In this document: piece by piece, positions 1 to 12,773 of the stretch | Layout of the letters: every line of letters begins with the position of its first letter | Position numbering within the stretch: position 1 is the stretch's first letter | NCBI GenBank assembly: GCA_051362555.1 | Contig: CM120647.1 | Coordinates: forward strand, 20,312,651-20,376,650 | Direction: 5' to 3' | DNA from: Lingula anatina | Taxonomy: Eukaryota; Animalia; Brachiopoda | DNA length: 64,000 bases | The notes under the pieces: model-generated | Told to the model about the DNA's origin: nothing | Database searches by the model: none | What the model saw: only the letters and a program-made list of their open reading frames with translations | Translations under genes and position numbers: made by a program

Positions 1-120
1 AAACCTTCCCGTTTCACGTAAAAATCAAGACACCATGTTTAATCACGTGGTACATTGACGTACCTACTTCTGGTAGTTTGTTGTCGTTACAGCGGAAGTG
101 ACGTAGAAGCATGCGCTCGA

Positions 121-139
121 CCAATAGAATCGGGCCACG
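121..139 (+). promoter_or_regulatory. ER stress response element (ERSE, CCAAT-N9-CCACG) in the PDIA6 promoter
   Basis: CCAAT agaatcggg CCACG matches the ATF6/NF-Y ERSE consensus exactly, ~105 bp upstream of the ATG of an ER foldase gene. TGACGT cores (~56, ~100, ~214) and CACGTGG (~44) lie nearby. Confidence 0.85.
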
Positions 140-244
140 AACAAACTAACGTGTTCTAAAATATAGGGAATCCCTCTTAAAACAACTCAGCACAAAAAGA
201 AGTTGAATCAGGTTGACGTCTTGATTGGGTAGCGCCTCTACAAG

Positions 245-3200
245 ATGCAAGCGATAGCAGGTGAGTTTGAGGCACATTTTATCATTTTTTTACGTGAAGG
301 GAAAAACCAAGGGAGTCGTTTGCAATGGGGAATCCCTAACCTTATCCCAAAGGTTTGATCAAGTTGCAGCCGTGAAGAAGGAAGAGTAAGCGTGATTACC
401 CCCTTTTCGTGTTCTTATTTTAAAAGATGCTCTCTTTGTCGTCCTTGTAGGTTGTTTATTATGTCGTCTTCGAATATGACGCCCTAATGTGTTGACGCTT
501 AGGTCTGGCAAAACTGAAAATGATAAATAATAATAATTTCAAACAAAAGATCATAGAAAAAAAAAACTGATTATTTGTTTTTATTTCTCAAAGTTATAAT
601 GATAATATTTCTATATTGGTAAGATTCATTAAGATGTAAGCAAGGAATTGGCCTTAATGTTTTGACTGTAAACAACATGTGCATCACAAGGCTGATAGAA
701 AGTAAAATCTCTCTTAACCTAAATCTAGTTTTTTGAAGTTAAGTCAAAGGTTAAGCAGGCACACAGTTTAACAGTGCTAATGCATTTACTGGTGTCAGTG
801 GTGAATTTGTCATTGAATGCATAAAAAAGTTATTAATTTGACTTAATTATTTAGTTCTCTGTAAGCTTATTATCTTGTAGAAGAGGGTTCAGCCTTCTTA
901 AAGCTCTACAAAACTGGCTAGTAGTAGTAGCTTTGTTGTTTGGCCTGTGACATATTGACAATACATTTAGTGCACAGTAAATTAAACTATTTTACTGTGA
1001 TCAAAGATTATCTTCTACTATCCTAGGACTGATAATTGAAAATGAAAATTAATTGCTGAGTAAGTTAATTTGATTCAGAGTAAAGCTAAAAAAAAAAAAA
1101 AATGAGCTAATTGACTAATTGAAAAACATACATATAGAGCACAATAAACTCTTGTTTTCATGGTCAGGGATTATCTTCTAGATCTTCTACTTTCCTAGGA
1201 CTGTTAATCTGCGGTCTGATCTCAGTGACCAGTGCTTTGTACAGCAGCTCTGATGATGTGATAGAATTAACGGCAGCTAATTTCAATCAAAAAGTGATAC
1301 AAAGTGATCAGTTGTGGCTTGTTGAGTTTTACGCTCCTTGGTGAGTATTGCGTATCATTCAAGTGTGTTGTTTGGACATGTAAAACCTGAAGTGGTAAAT
1401 ATTAGAAATGTAATTATTAACAAAAGGAAACTGATGGTGTTATAATAGTATAGTGGCAGCTTGCATTTTGCATAAAATAACCATAATTTATGCAGAAATT
1501 TATGAAACATTTTAAATTTATATGCCTGAAGATATCAAACAATTAATCTCTCATCTGGATATGCTGATTATCATCTGGTATAAAGTCAATTCCAGCTTTT
1601 AAAAAATAATAAATAAAAATAAACTTGTTTTATAATCCTTAGTTGTCCTAAATTATGCAGTCCCGGATGCTCCTGTACTCTCAGTTTGGAAATTATAAAA
1701 TGATAAATACATTTATTTATATTTTAATATAAAGGTGTGGTCATTGCCAGTCTTTGGCCCCAGAATGGAAGAAGGCAGCTACAGCTTTAAAGGTAAATAT
1801 AAGAAATAGTAGTGAACTAAATGAGTCCCAATTCTAGGGTGTGGTACATACATGTAGATATGGGTTGTTAAAAAATTAAAAGAAAAAAATAATTGACCTT
1901 GAACATTAAAATTGATATTCCATGAACTGATTGAACTCGTGTGCAGTTAATGTTGGTGATTATGAAAGATGAAATCGGTGACTTTGAACTATGAACTGAC
2001 CTTGAACTTTGAATCGACCTTGAACTTTAATGACCTAATTTATTTCCAGGGTGTGGTCAATGTAGGCGCAGTGGATATGGACCAGCACCAGTCTGTGGGG
2101 GGACCTTACGGCATCAGGGGATTCCCTACCATCAAAATATTTGGAGCCAATAAGAACAAAGCTGAAGATTATAATGGTGAGTTTGACCTTGTTAAAGTTA
2201 CAAAGTTAACTTACGTTACAAAATATTGCTTTGTATGTATTATATATTAATTTGTAGAGACATAGTGTTCATCATCAGTTATGAAAAGTTTTATTTCGTA
2301 CTGTCGTGGCCCCTTGCACAGTCCGCTTCCACTTCCTCTTGTCCTGTGCTTTTCTCTCTTTCTCCACCATATTTCTTTAATATTGTCTTCAAGCTTAGTC
2401 TTCAGTCTCCCTCATCGTCTCTGCCCATGCACTGATCCCATCACATCGTGTTATATATACTTAATTCCATTCCATATTTCTAGGAGCAAGAAGTGCCAAT
2501 GCCATAGTAGATTCTGCTATGTCACATCTTAAGCAGATGGTGCAGGCCAGACTTAGCGGAAGAGGCGGCAGCTCTGGGGGTGGGCGGAGCAGTGGAGGAG
2601 GAAGTCAGGTGGAGTGAAATAAAAATACATTAAATATCTACATGACAAGTTCTACCCTATTCTTATTTGTTGACAATGAATAGCTATATTGACAGAACAT
2701 CATTTTGCATAATATGTACTGTTTCAATTTTAATTTAATTTAATTTAGTTTAAAAACATGAATTGATGTTCCCTCTAAATTAGCTGTAGAATAAATAAGT
2801 ACAGAACTTTTGTGAGGAGGAGGGGCAACATCATTTCATTTACCATACAAAATTATTTTCAGCTTGTGTTAAATGATTCCATATGGTCATTTTTTTATTA
2901 TTTTATTTTCTTGGACCCTCCCCTTTACAGGAGTGGGCCATTTTCAAAATATCATATACTGTGACACATGACATTAAATTCTCTATCTCCAGGGAGGTGG
3001 CAAGGCAGTGATAGAACTCACAGACAGCAACTTTGAGGAGCTTGTCTTGAACAGTGAAGACTTCTGGTTGGTTGAGTTTTTCGCCCCCTGGTGTGGACAC
3101 TGTAAGAACCTGGCACCACACTGGGAGCAAGCCGCCTCTGAGCTGAAAGGGAAAGTGAAACTAGGCGCCTTGGACGCCACTGTGCATACTGTGATGGCTA

Positions 3201-6200
3201 ACAGATATGGGGTAATTTTCTTAGAAGTTCTTCAGTTTGGATAAAGAATTCACCAAAATTTGTATTTTGCTCAGGGAAATTTAATGGCGTACACATGGAA
3301 TAAAATTTTTTTAAAATATATTTTCTTACGTTTTTTCTCAAAATTCCTTACATGAAAAACTTTATTATTTTTTAGACAATATGTAATTCAAAGCAGATGT
3401 AGGGTATGCTTTTTTGAAAAGATCCAATTTCCTCTTGAAGATTTTTTAACTTGGTTGGTTTTGTTAAAGATTCCTACATCTCAAAAAAAATTTAAAGTAT
3501 TCTTGAAGCATAGACATGATGGATCAATCATCTGAAAGTATAAAACATCAAATTTTCTCTTTATTTAGGTCCGTGGCTACCCGACAATCAAGGCCTTCCC
3601 TGCTGGTAAAAAAGATGGCGACACCATCGAGTATGATGGCGGGAGAACGGCGTCTGACATTGTCCGCTGGGCCTCAGACAGGATAGTGGAGAACCTGCCA
3701 CCCCCTGAGATAGTACAGGTAGGGCGTCCCAGCTGAGATTTTCACACCGTTTCAAATTTTCCTCAGAAAAAAAAAAGAACTTTTCAAAGGAAATATCAGA
3801 AGGTTTGCAGGATATGTCAGACTTGAGCATTTTCTAGGGAATCACTGAATTCTGCATTTTTTAATTCAATTCTGATGGTTCTGTCTGGTTAGGTGTTTGG
3901 TCCCAATATAAATGTTCAGATTTTTTTTTTCTAGAACCCAGTCTCATGTCTGTTATATAGACATCACCATATTAACAACAGCTTAGACCTTTAGACATCA
4001 CAACAGTATCTATATTTGTGATATTTATTTTCCAGATCACAGAAGAGAAAAGCCTTAAAGATGCCTGTGAGGATCACCCTCTGTGTATCATAGCTGTTCT
4101 TCCACATATCCTGGACTGTCAGTCTGTATGTAGGAACAAATATCTGGATGTGATGAAAGAACTTGGAGACAAGTATAAGGGAAAGCAATGGGGGTATGTA
4201 CTGAGGACACTGAACCTTTAAAATTGTGGAGTTTGTTTGTCTGTTTGTCAGTTCAGATATTTTCCTTATAATTTTAATTATAAATTGCAGTGCTTCAGTT
4301 AGGAATAGGGTCAATTTTGCCAGTTAAAAAAATTATGGGAAAGGGGTTGATTAGATTGGTATTAATTATGGTTTGGGTATCTTAAGAAAAGAGATTTATT
4401 TTAAATTGTATTGTCTAACTTCAAAAGCAGATGTCATTGAAAGCATCAGTTTATGAAATTGATCTTTCAAATTTAAATTGTCTTTTCATTTATTATATAA
4501 AAGAAATAGTTATTACTTGATCTTTACAATGGGCAAAAAAAAAAAATCAAAATTTTAGATACATAATTCTGTAATCATTAAAATATAGTTCTGTATAGCA
4601 CCTGTGGTTCATTTATTGCATAGAATAGAACTGTCTACTTACAGAATAGTCAGCTTTTTAATTTTGTTGGTATAACTCAATAGGAATGTTTCAATTAAAA
4701 AAAAAATTATGACTTAAAAATACAATTTATGTAAAATTCACAATTATCTCCAATTGAAAAGATTGAATTTTTATGGTAATTTCCTGTATCTTGTACAGCT
4801 GGGTGTGGGCTGAGGCCATGCAGCAGCCTGAGCTGGAAGACTCCCTGGGGATTGGGGGCTTTGGTTACCCTGTAAGTAGCCTTAACAAGATATTAATTTA
4901 TCAATCTATGCATAAGGTTATTGACTTGTAAATAAGTGATTGATTTATAAATGATACAGAACCGAAAGATAAATGAATATAACAATGAGACAAGTTACTA
5001 AATAAATAAATAAATTGATAGGTGAATAAAATAGTGAACATTGCCAATTAAATTGATAAGTGAACAACTAAATAAATAAATAAATGAATAATGAGCTCAC
5101 AAACAAATTTATAAGTAAACAGTTGTCTGAAATTACACAAATTGTACTTCCAGGCCATGGCTGCAATGAATGCCAGAAAAATGAAGTATGCCATTCTGAG
5201 AGGAGCCTTTAGCAAAGATGGCATTAATTCTTTCTTAAGGTAGGTATTCTCAAATAGAAAGAGGGCTAGATCAAAATGGCTGCCATGAATGCCAGAAAAA
5301 TAAAGTATGCCATTCTGAGAGGAGCCTTTAGTAAAGTTTGGCATTAATTTCTTCTTAAGGTAGGTTTTTTCATAAAGAAGCTAGATCCGAGCTGGAACAG
5401 TTTTCAGTTTAGAAGAAAGTAATCGAGGTTATTTGGTAGAAAGTAGAGTTCAGCAGTTTTTTTTTTTTTTTTTTTTTTATCACGGGCATGTCTTCCCACT
5501 CAGTAGCTATCACGGCATTGCATCTCATTATCAGAAAGATCTTAATGAAAGTGAAGAAAATTTTACAATGAACCATTATTGTATTGTAGCTGATTTTGCC
5601 TTATTTGTTCCAATATTATTATTATTATTTTTCCCTATAGGGAGCTCTCAGTTGGTCGAGGTTCCACGTCTCCAGTTAAAAATGCCCAGCTGCCACCTAT
5701 TAAAAAGGTCGACCCTTGGGACGGCAAGGATGGAAAGGTTTGTACTTAAACAATACATGTTGAGGGCATAGTGAGGCACAGTGGTTTCACTGAAGATGTG
5801 TGACAAAAAATTATATTGATTCAACTTTTATATTTTACACATTCCTGGCACAGTAGGGCCTAGTAGCCATTACAGCTAGGTATTGAGATAATGAATGAAC
5901 GAACACATTATACATGTTCTGGCACAATAGGGCCAAGTAGCCTTTAATATGAGGCATTATGAAAATGATGATTGCACAATTACTGGTTGTATATCTTAGG
6001 AAAATGGCATTTATGTCAAGCATGGATTTTATCTAATGTAGGAAGAATTTTAGGTGCTTTTGAAAGTAAAAATAAAATAAAACTTGGCATCCAGCCTGCT
6101 ATTAAAAAAGTTAATATTGAAGAGAGAACCAGCATCTCCTGTATAATTCTCAATTTCTGATGTGTAGTCTGCTGATGATCATACAAGCTGTAATTTTTCA

Positions 6201-6309
6201 CATTCTGAAGAAAGACACGGAGTGATGGAAATATCTGCAAGGCGTTAGCTTTTATTTAGAGTTGAAAGGAAAAGTTTAAGCTTATAACATTACTTTATTT
6301 TTTAATTCT

Positions 6310-6340
<31 letters not shown>

Positions 6341-6481
6341 ATGTTGAGTGTTGTCTGGTTCATATTTTGTTGTCTATGTGATGTTTTTTTTTTTTTCTTT
6401 CAGCTTGAAGTTGAAGAAGAAATTGATCTCAGTGATGTAGAATTGGAACCTTTAGATGATGTGAAGAAAGATGAATTATAA
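245..6481 (+). CDS. PDIA6: Protein disulfide-isomerase A6 (P5), 12 coding exons, 442 aa
   Basis: Exons 245-260, 1199-1340, 1735-1792, 2050-2176, 2484-2608, 2993-3211, 3569-3718, 4036-4193, 4799-4871, 5154-5239, 5641-5737, 6404-6481. All introns GT-AG, total 1329 nt in frame. Signal peptide, two thioredoxin domains ([20 protein letters not shown]), Gly/Ser linker, b domain ([19 protein letters not shown]), acidic tail ending KDEL-stop. Confidence 0.97.
5276..5365 (+). pseudogene. Decayed tandem copy of PDIA6 exon 10 with its donor site (pseudo-exon)
   Basis: Near-identical to 5157-5245 including AG|gtaggt, but lacks the upstream acceptor and has a 1-nt insertion giving TGG CAT TAA. Confidence 0.85.
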
Positions 6482-7512
6482 CATCTAAGATATAAGTATG
6501 TAAACACTGTGGAGACTTGTACATATTGTTTCAAAATTCACTGCAGGGCTACAAAAGCACAACATGTTGTGCATGAGATGGATTTCATTCCAAACAAGAC
6601 GTCCCTATTTTGACATAGATATTTCACTCCTAGGAGTTATTTCGGGCATAGCTCTATTTTTGCCAACTAAGTTGACATTTTTACAGGTCAAATATTAACT
6701 AGTTAGATTTAGTTGTTACTGTTGCCAGGAACTTATTGTATGCCATAGAACTGGGACTTATGTGGAATTTTTTTTTTTAATTTTTCATTGTCATAAAATG
6801 AATTTGGTGAATTTTAAGAACATTTCCTGATTCACTGCCAATTTAAAAATGGTAGGAAAAAAACTCATATCCAGATATGAAGTATTTTTCCAGTCAATCC
6901 TTTCAGTGGATTATAGAAAAAGTATACAAAGTATACTGAGCAGAAAAAGACGACGTCGATTTTATTGAGATGAATTTGAAAAACATTAATGTAAGTGGAC
7001 GAAAATCAAATATGTGAAAATAAATTTATTCTTTTGAAGACCTTTTCTTATTGTACTGCGAGGAATTCAAAACTTCCTGTCACTTTTTTGTTGATTTGTA
7101 CATTTTATGTCTGGCAAACACTACGTTATTGGGCAATAGACCGAAACATTATTTAATAAGGCAACAAAAAAAGTCAATTATGGAAAACATTTCTTTGCAC
7201 ACATTTCCATTTGAAGACCAAAACAATTTACTTTTAAAACGTGTGTGTTTTAAGAATTTAAGTTATAGATCAAGCAGAGTTGCTTATCCGATGTAAGAGC
7301 TTAATAGTGAATGGACAAATATTTTAAGCTAGATTCATTTTATTATTGCTGTTCTCTAACAAAGTTTGTCACAGCATAGGTCATTTTTTTTTGGTAAATA
7401 TATAATTCATAGAAACTTAAATCTACGTAGCAGTTTTTGAAGAGTTGGATCTCATTCATATCCACTCAGTTCTTTTGATTCAGAAGTAACCGTTGATGTG
7501 TTCCATCTCATC

Positions 7513-10235
7513 TTAGACCTTCGGGCGAGCGGCGTAAGCCCCTGAAAGTAAAAAAAGTGGTTAAAATAAGCTTGTAAGAGAGCTCTAAAATACGGTTATT
7601 TAAAGTCAACGCGAAAAACATTGTACTTGTTTCAAAACACCTACAGATCTTTACCACGCCCAAACATCCTCCCCAACCCTTGGATTCCAACACCGGACAC
7701 AGATGTTACACTACCAAATTTTGTTTCAATAACACAATAAACAGCAAAAACTTTGGCTTTGAAGTATCCCTGAACAGATGGCCATGGACTTACCATATCT
7801 ATCGCAGTCTGGATGCTTTGTGTAAATTCCAGCATCGGCTTTGTCACGAGCGCACGCTGGAATCAGAAGATAAAAGCTGCGGCCAATTCAAAGTCACATC
7901 ATGAAGCAACAACATATTATGTAGACGCCTGAGCAACATCAAAGCAATGAATGACGTCACAATGACGTCATGTTTCTTTTCGACACTTAACCTACGATAC
8001 TTTGGGACATAAAGATTATCTAAAAGAAATGTCGCACAGGGGTCTACTCTCCTTTTTTGGGCTGGGCGAAGCCACCAAGTTATAGCAATTGCAATGAAAC
8101 TAATCATTTGTGAAACGTTAAACTCTCAAGCCAAGCCGTGAGGAAGACAGGTCTCGTAAAGCAACAAATCTCGCGCGAGATTTCAAACGTAAAGTCAATA
8201 GTAACAGCTCAGTTATAAAACATAAACGCATATACTCACAGCAGTCATGACGGACCCATCTTTGTTTCATAACATAGTCCGCCAGTCGGACCCCACATTC
8301 ATCTACACAATAACTCCTGAAACGATACAAAGCTAGATTACGCCACTTCCCGAGGACTGGCCAAACTATTCCGACCACTGTTTCAGTGTACTTTTTTAGA
8401 CTAATAGCAGGATTTTATATTATATTATTTATCTGTGTTAATAGGACAGGGCAGCGTGCGTGTGCATGCACGTGTGTGAGTGCGTACATGTACGTGCTTG
8501 CGTGCGTGCGTTTTTGTGAGGTTGTATACACAGTATGGGCGGCGGTTTATACAAAAATGCAAAACACGATTAGTCGTCATCGTTATCAGATCAGTCGAAA
8601 TGAAAACACGATTAGTCGTCGTCGTTATCAGATCAGAAGGCAAAATACGACTAGTAGTCGTCAAAACGCAACTAGTCATCAAAACGCAACTAGTCATCAT
8701 CAAAACGCAACTAGTCATCATCAAAACGCAACTAGTCATCAAAACGCAACTAGTCATCATCAAAACGCAACTAGTCATCATCAAAACGCAACTTGTCATC
8801 AAAACGCGATTTGACGCCAGATGGCGCCCATTGTACGAACATCTAGGCCAAGTCACATGATCCACAGTGATCAAAATGGCGGACGTTATTGAAGCAGCAT
8901 TATCATATTCCTCGCTCGAACTCGAGAATTATCTCTACGCGTACAATCTAATAATGATATTATATATATAATAATATCTGGAACTTGTGAAATGAGTACA
9001 ACAATAAAGCAGTGCTTCACAAGTGTGTGTTTTTGTTTTTTTTTTAATTTATAACATGTCCAAATTATTTAATAAATTATTTAATTATTTATTATTTCGA
9101 GAATTATCTCTACGCGTACAATCTAATAATGATATTATATATATAATAATATCTCGAACTCGAGATAATTCTCGAGTTCGAGCGAGGAATATGATAATGC
9201 TGCTTCAATAACGTCCGCCATTTTGATCACTGTGGATCATGTGACTTGGCCTAGATTTTCGTACAATGGGCGCCATCTGGCGTCAAATCGCGTTTTGATG
9301 ACAAGTTGCGTTTTGATGATGACAAGTTGCGTTTTGATGACGACTAGTTGCGTTTTGATGACTAGTTGCGTTTTGACGACTACTAGTCGTATTTTGCCTT
9401 CTGATCTGATAACGACGACGACTAATCGTGTTTTCATTTCGACTGATCTGATAACGATGACGACTAATCGTGTTTTGCATTTTTGTATAAACCACCGCCC
9501 ATAACACAGTATATATGTGTCCGTTTGCAACTGTATTTGTGCATTCAAGTCCCTGTGAGTGTATTTACCCCACCTTCAATAATTGCTAACCGCGCTCTAG
9601 TATCTATCTCAGCATTTTCTCAATCTATCGCGCTACTCGGTCGTAAAGGTTTTCCTGCTCGAGCAAATCGGGGTGACTGTCGCTCCTCCACCAATTAATG
9701 AACCGAGCAAATAATTTCTGCTTCTCCTTCCATATTAGAAATTATAAATAACATCACGCGTGAAAATCTCTCAACTCACATAGAACCTCTGTTTTGCTTC
9801 ATGGCAAACGTGCCCTCGGGGGTACAGATTGGCCGTTCTCGGCCAAGCGCAGGTGGTAAAGCGTCAAATTCTGCCTCCTTCTCCTTGCACGTTTTGGGAC
9901 ACTGTCCTGCAAACGATTTAAAAATGCACAAAATTTAAAAAAGCGATAACTCACAATCAAAAAGCGCCGAAGTCGATGTGGCTGCAGCATGCGGGCATCA
10001 TGGTTAACTCGTGTTTGCACGTGTTTATAGTGTGTGTAGAATTCGACTCATCAAACAATTTTTAAATTTTTAAATTTGACGAAAAAAAAAACATTTCTTA
10101 GCAATTGTGAAATTTTATGCTAAAACTTCAAAGAAGTTTTTTTTCTTTTTTAAGTTTTCGGTAGTATAAATATGCTCTTTCTATACCTGCGTATACAGCA
10201 CCAACCACACAAATGACGACAACTAAGAACTTCAT
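7513..10235 (-). CDS. Secreted thyroglobulin type-1 domain protein (thyropin-like), copy 1, 114 aa
   Basis: Exons 10235-10187, 9906-9780, 8316-8240, 7856-7794, 7541-7513 (49/127/77/63/29 nt, all GT-AG). Protein MKFLVVVICVVGAVYA-GQCPKTCKEKEAEFDALPPALGRERPICTPEGTFAMKQNRGSMSYCVDECGVRLADYVMKQRWVRHDCSCARDKADAGIYTKHPDCDRYGAYAARPKV*. Signal peptide plus C..PxCxxxGxFxxxQ..YCVDxxG TY signature. Confidence 0.88.
8534..9503. mobile_element. Non-autonomous palindromic DNA transposon, IS3EU-like, in intron 2 of thyropin copy 1
   Basis: Termini TATGGGCGGCGGTTTATACA...TGTATAAACCACCGCCCATA, 6-bp TSD ACACAG (8528-8533 and 9504-9509), ~350-400 bp inverted arms with internal 18/21-bp repeats (caaaacgcaactagtcat[cat]). 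Site is empty in units 3 and 4. TAY..RTA ends with a 6-bp TSD are the IS3EU hallmark. Confidence 0.85.
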
Positions 10236-10318
10236 CTTCAACCAGGTATTCTACCAAAGTGGGTACTTGTCTCCTTTCTGACGGCTGTCAATGTATCTGG
10301 CTCTCTATTCTATGTCCC

Positions 10319-10328
10319 GTTATATAAA
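10319..10328 (-). promoter_or_regulatory. Candidate TATA box of thyropin copy 1 (equivalents at ~17890, ~29360, ~34400)
   Basis: TTTATATAA on the minus strand ~85-90 nt upstream of the ATG, retained as TATATA in all four copies, followed ~25 nt later by CCAG(T/A)T. Confidence 0.5.
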
Positions 10329-11952
10329 CTGTACGCATCTTCCCTTAATGGGGCACGGCATAATATTAACTGGATATTACCGGTTTGAGCTACTGAAAAC
10401 CGGTATATTACTCTCAATCAAGCGTATAATAGCCCCAAATGTAGTAGTCTAATCAAGTAATTAGGAAATATTGACGCACCCGGGACCTCTTTCCTAAAGT
10501 ATTTTGCTATACGGAGGAACTAACAGAGAACCGCTCTACAACATATTTACAATTGACATAAAGTGATGAATCCAATTGAATATAATAACAGTTAAAACGG
10601 AAAAAATGCTAAGCATTAATTCGAATGATGTTTTATATAACCTTCATCATCTAAAATTCAGGCTTTCATTCGTTTCAAATGAGATAATATCTATATAATT
10701 TCGTGGTCATACGGTAATTTACTCCCAGTACGTTTATCGAGGGTATCTTTAATTCGGACATTAAAAAACCGAAACAGTACTGTAATTTGATCGACATTAG
10801 TTCCAACCCTATTTGAATCATCTAGTAGCCCTTGAATCATCAAATCTATATCTATGACACTATTTCCTCCCCCCTTTTTTGTTTTGTTTGAAAGCGTGTT
10901 TTTCCCTTAAAACGTCTAGCTTCAGTCGGTTCGCATCGCGGCATTTATCTTTTTTTTTTAAAACCCGTTGCATTAAATCAGTAACATAATCGATCAGGAT
11001 TTTCAATCATTAAATCGGGACATTTGCAATAGAGAAGGTTCAACCTTTTTGCCCCCTCCCCCTTTGCCCAGTGGTGTCATTCTAGATCCGCGGACCCCTG
11101 TATTTGTATCATGGCGGTGGGGAAATATAAAGAAGATGAGGACAATTTTATCTCCACCTGCGGATGCTCTTGTCTATTCCGGTCCATACTGGGACTCAGT
11201 TACAAATTCATAAGTTTATATAAAGGTAAGCTCGATGAAAAGTTCAGGAGCAAAAAAAGGTGCCATCCCATTAAAAAAAGGAACAACCCAGTCACGTGAG
11301 TGAAGCATACATTTCATTTATAAAATATATATATATATATATATGTATAATCTAGACATGTCCTATTATATGTACTGTTTTAAACTGTAGTGTACACCAA
11401 TATGGAAATAAATCAACAATAATTGAAAAGAGATAAAAAACAGTTTAAAAGATATGTGCCATAACCCGTAGACAAGCTGTAAGAAGCAAAAAAAAGATGA
11501 TAAATAAAAAAATGAAAGAAATACTGACACCGTTTCTGCAGATTTTATTCAAGATAATGAAAAATCTGTTTTCCACGTACACTGCAAACTTATCAATATG
11601 AAGAAAATATATCAACCTAATTGGTCCTAGATGACTATGGTAATTGTCTTAAACTAACTGCAGTGCATTTCTAAATCCTTCCTGCCTACGTGTAGAATTT
11701 TCCTATTTTCCTCACGTAACATTTTCTTCTGTCAAGGAATTCCATTTCCTAATGAAAAGCTGCCAAAGCATATTTCAAAAACGCAGCTAAAACTGATTAA
11801 GCGTCATTAAATTTATAAGTTACCGTTACCGAGTAAAGTCGACCAATATTTTGACAAAAAAAATGGAAATGTCAATGATTCCTCCCTGCGAAATCTAGAA
11901 CTGATTATATTTGGTCTTTGGTCAAGATAATGGAAGTATTTTTGACAGTTAC

Positions 11953-12013
11953 TTAGAGTGGTGTAAGGGTCGCCGTGTGTCCATCCCAACAGTGACCCCT
12001 GGTCTGGTCACAC
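11953..12013 (-). pseudogene. Orphan duplicate of the terminal exon of gene A (unit 1)
   Basis: Intact acceptor ttag|G, reads CDQTRGHCWDGHTATLTPL*; homologous to 36722-36788. Confidence 0.8.
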
Positions 12014-12672
12014 CTAACACAATGAAAACAAGATATAATTTAGTTCCAACACAGCTGTCACACCTAACACAATGAAAACAAGATATAAATTAGTTCCAAC
12101 ACAACTGTCACACCTAACACAATGGAGCCAGGCTGCAAAAACGTCACCTGTTGTGTTTGAGACGGATTTCATTCCAAACAAGACGTCCCTATTTTGCCGA
12201 TGATATTTCACTCCTAGAAATTATTTCGGACATAGTATACTCTCTGTTTTTCGAAATAAGTTGACATTTTACAGGTCAAACATTAACTAGCTAGATTATT
12301 TTGTTACTGTTGTCAGAGACTTCATGTATGCCATAGAACTGGGACTTACATGTATGTTTAATTCTTTTTTCATTGTCATTAAATGAATTTGATGAATTTT
12401 AAGAACATTTCCTGATTCACTGCCAATTTAAAAATCGTAAGAAAAAACTCATCAAGATTTGAAGTATTTTTCCAGTCAATCCTTTCAGTGGGTTAAAGAA
12501 AAAGTAAAAAAAAAAGTATACAAAATATACTGAGCAGAAAAAGATGACGTCGATTTTATTGAGATGAATTTGAAAAACATTAATGTAAGTGGACGAAAAT
12601 TAAATATGTGAAAATAAATCTATTCTTATGAAGACCTTTTCTTATTGTACTGCGAGGAATTCAAAAGTTCGT

Positions 12673-12716
<44 letters not shown>

Positions 12717-12773
12717 TATATTTTATGTCGGGACAAACACTATTCGTTATTGGGCAATAGACCGAAACATTGC

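Noticed and set aside
1890-2040. Clustered TGACCTTGAAC motifs resembling nuclear-receptor half sites in a PDIA6 intron
   Set aside because: They look like a degenerate short tandem repeat; there is no evidence of regulatory function.
7641-8107. Recurrent ORFs such as ...TGHRCYTTKFCFNNTINSKNFG... and MLLYETCIPLAW... in every unit
   Set aside because: They are antisense or intronic frames of the thyropin gene and recur only because the DNA was recently duplicated.
8386-9548. Repetitive ORFs (HQNATS, KTQLVI, MTSCVL repeats) on both strands
   Set aside because: They are translations of the 18/21-bp internal repeats of the palindromic MITE, open in several frames and mirrored in the other arm.
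11111-11299. 62-aa ORF nearly identical at 30130-30318
   Set aside because: Not conserved in units 2 and 4 and has no recognisable motif; the identity reflects recent exchange between units.
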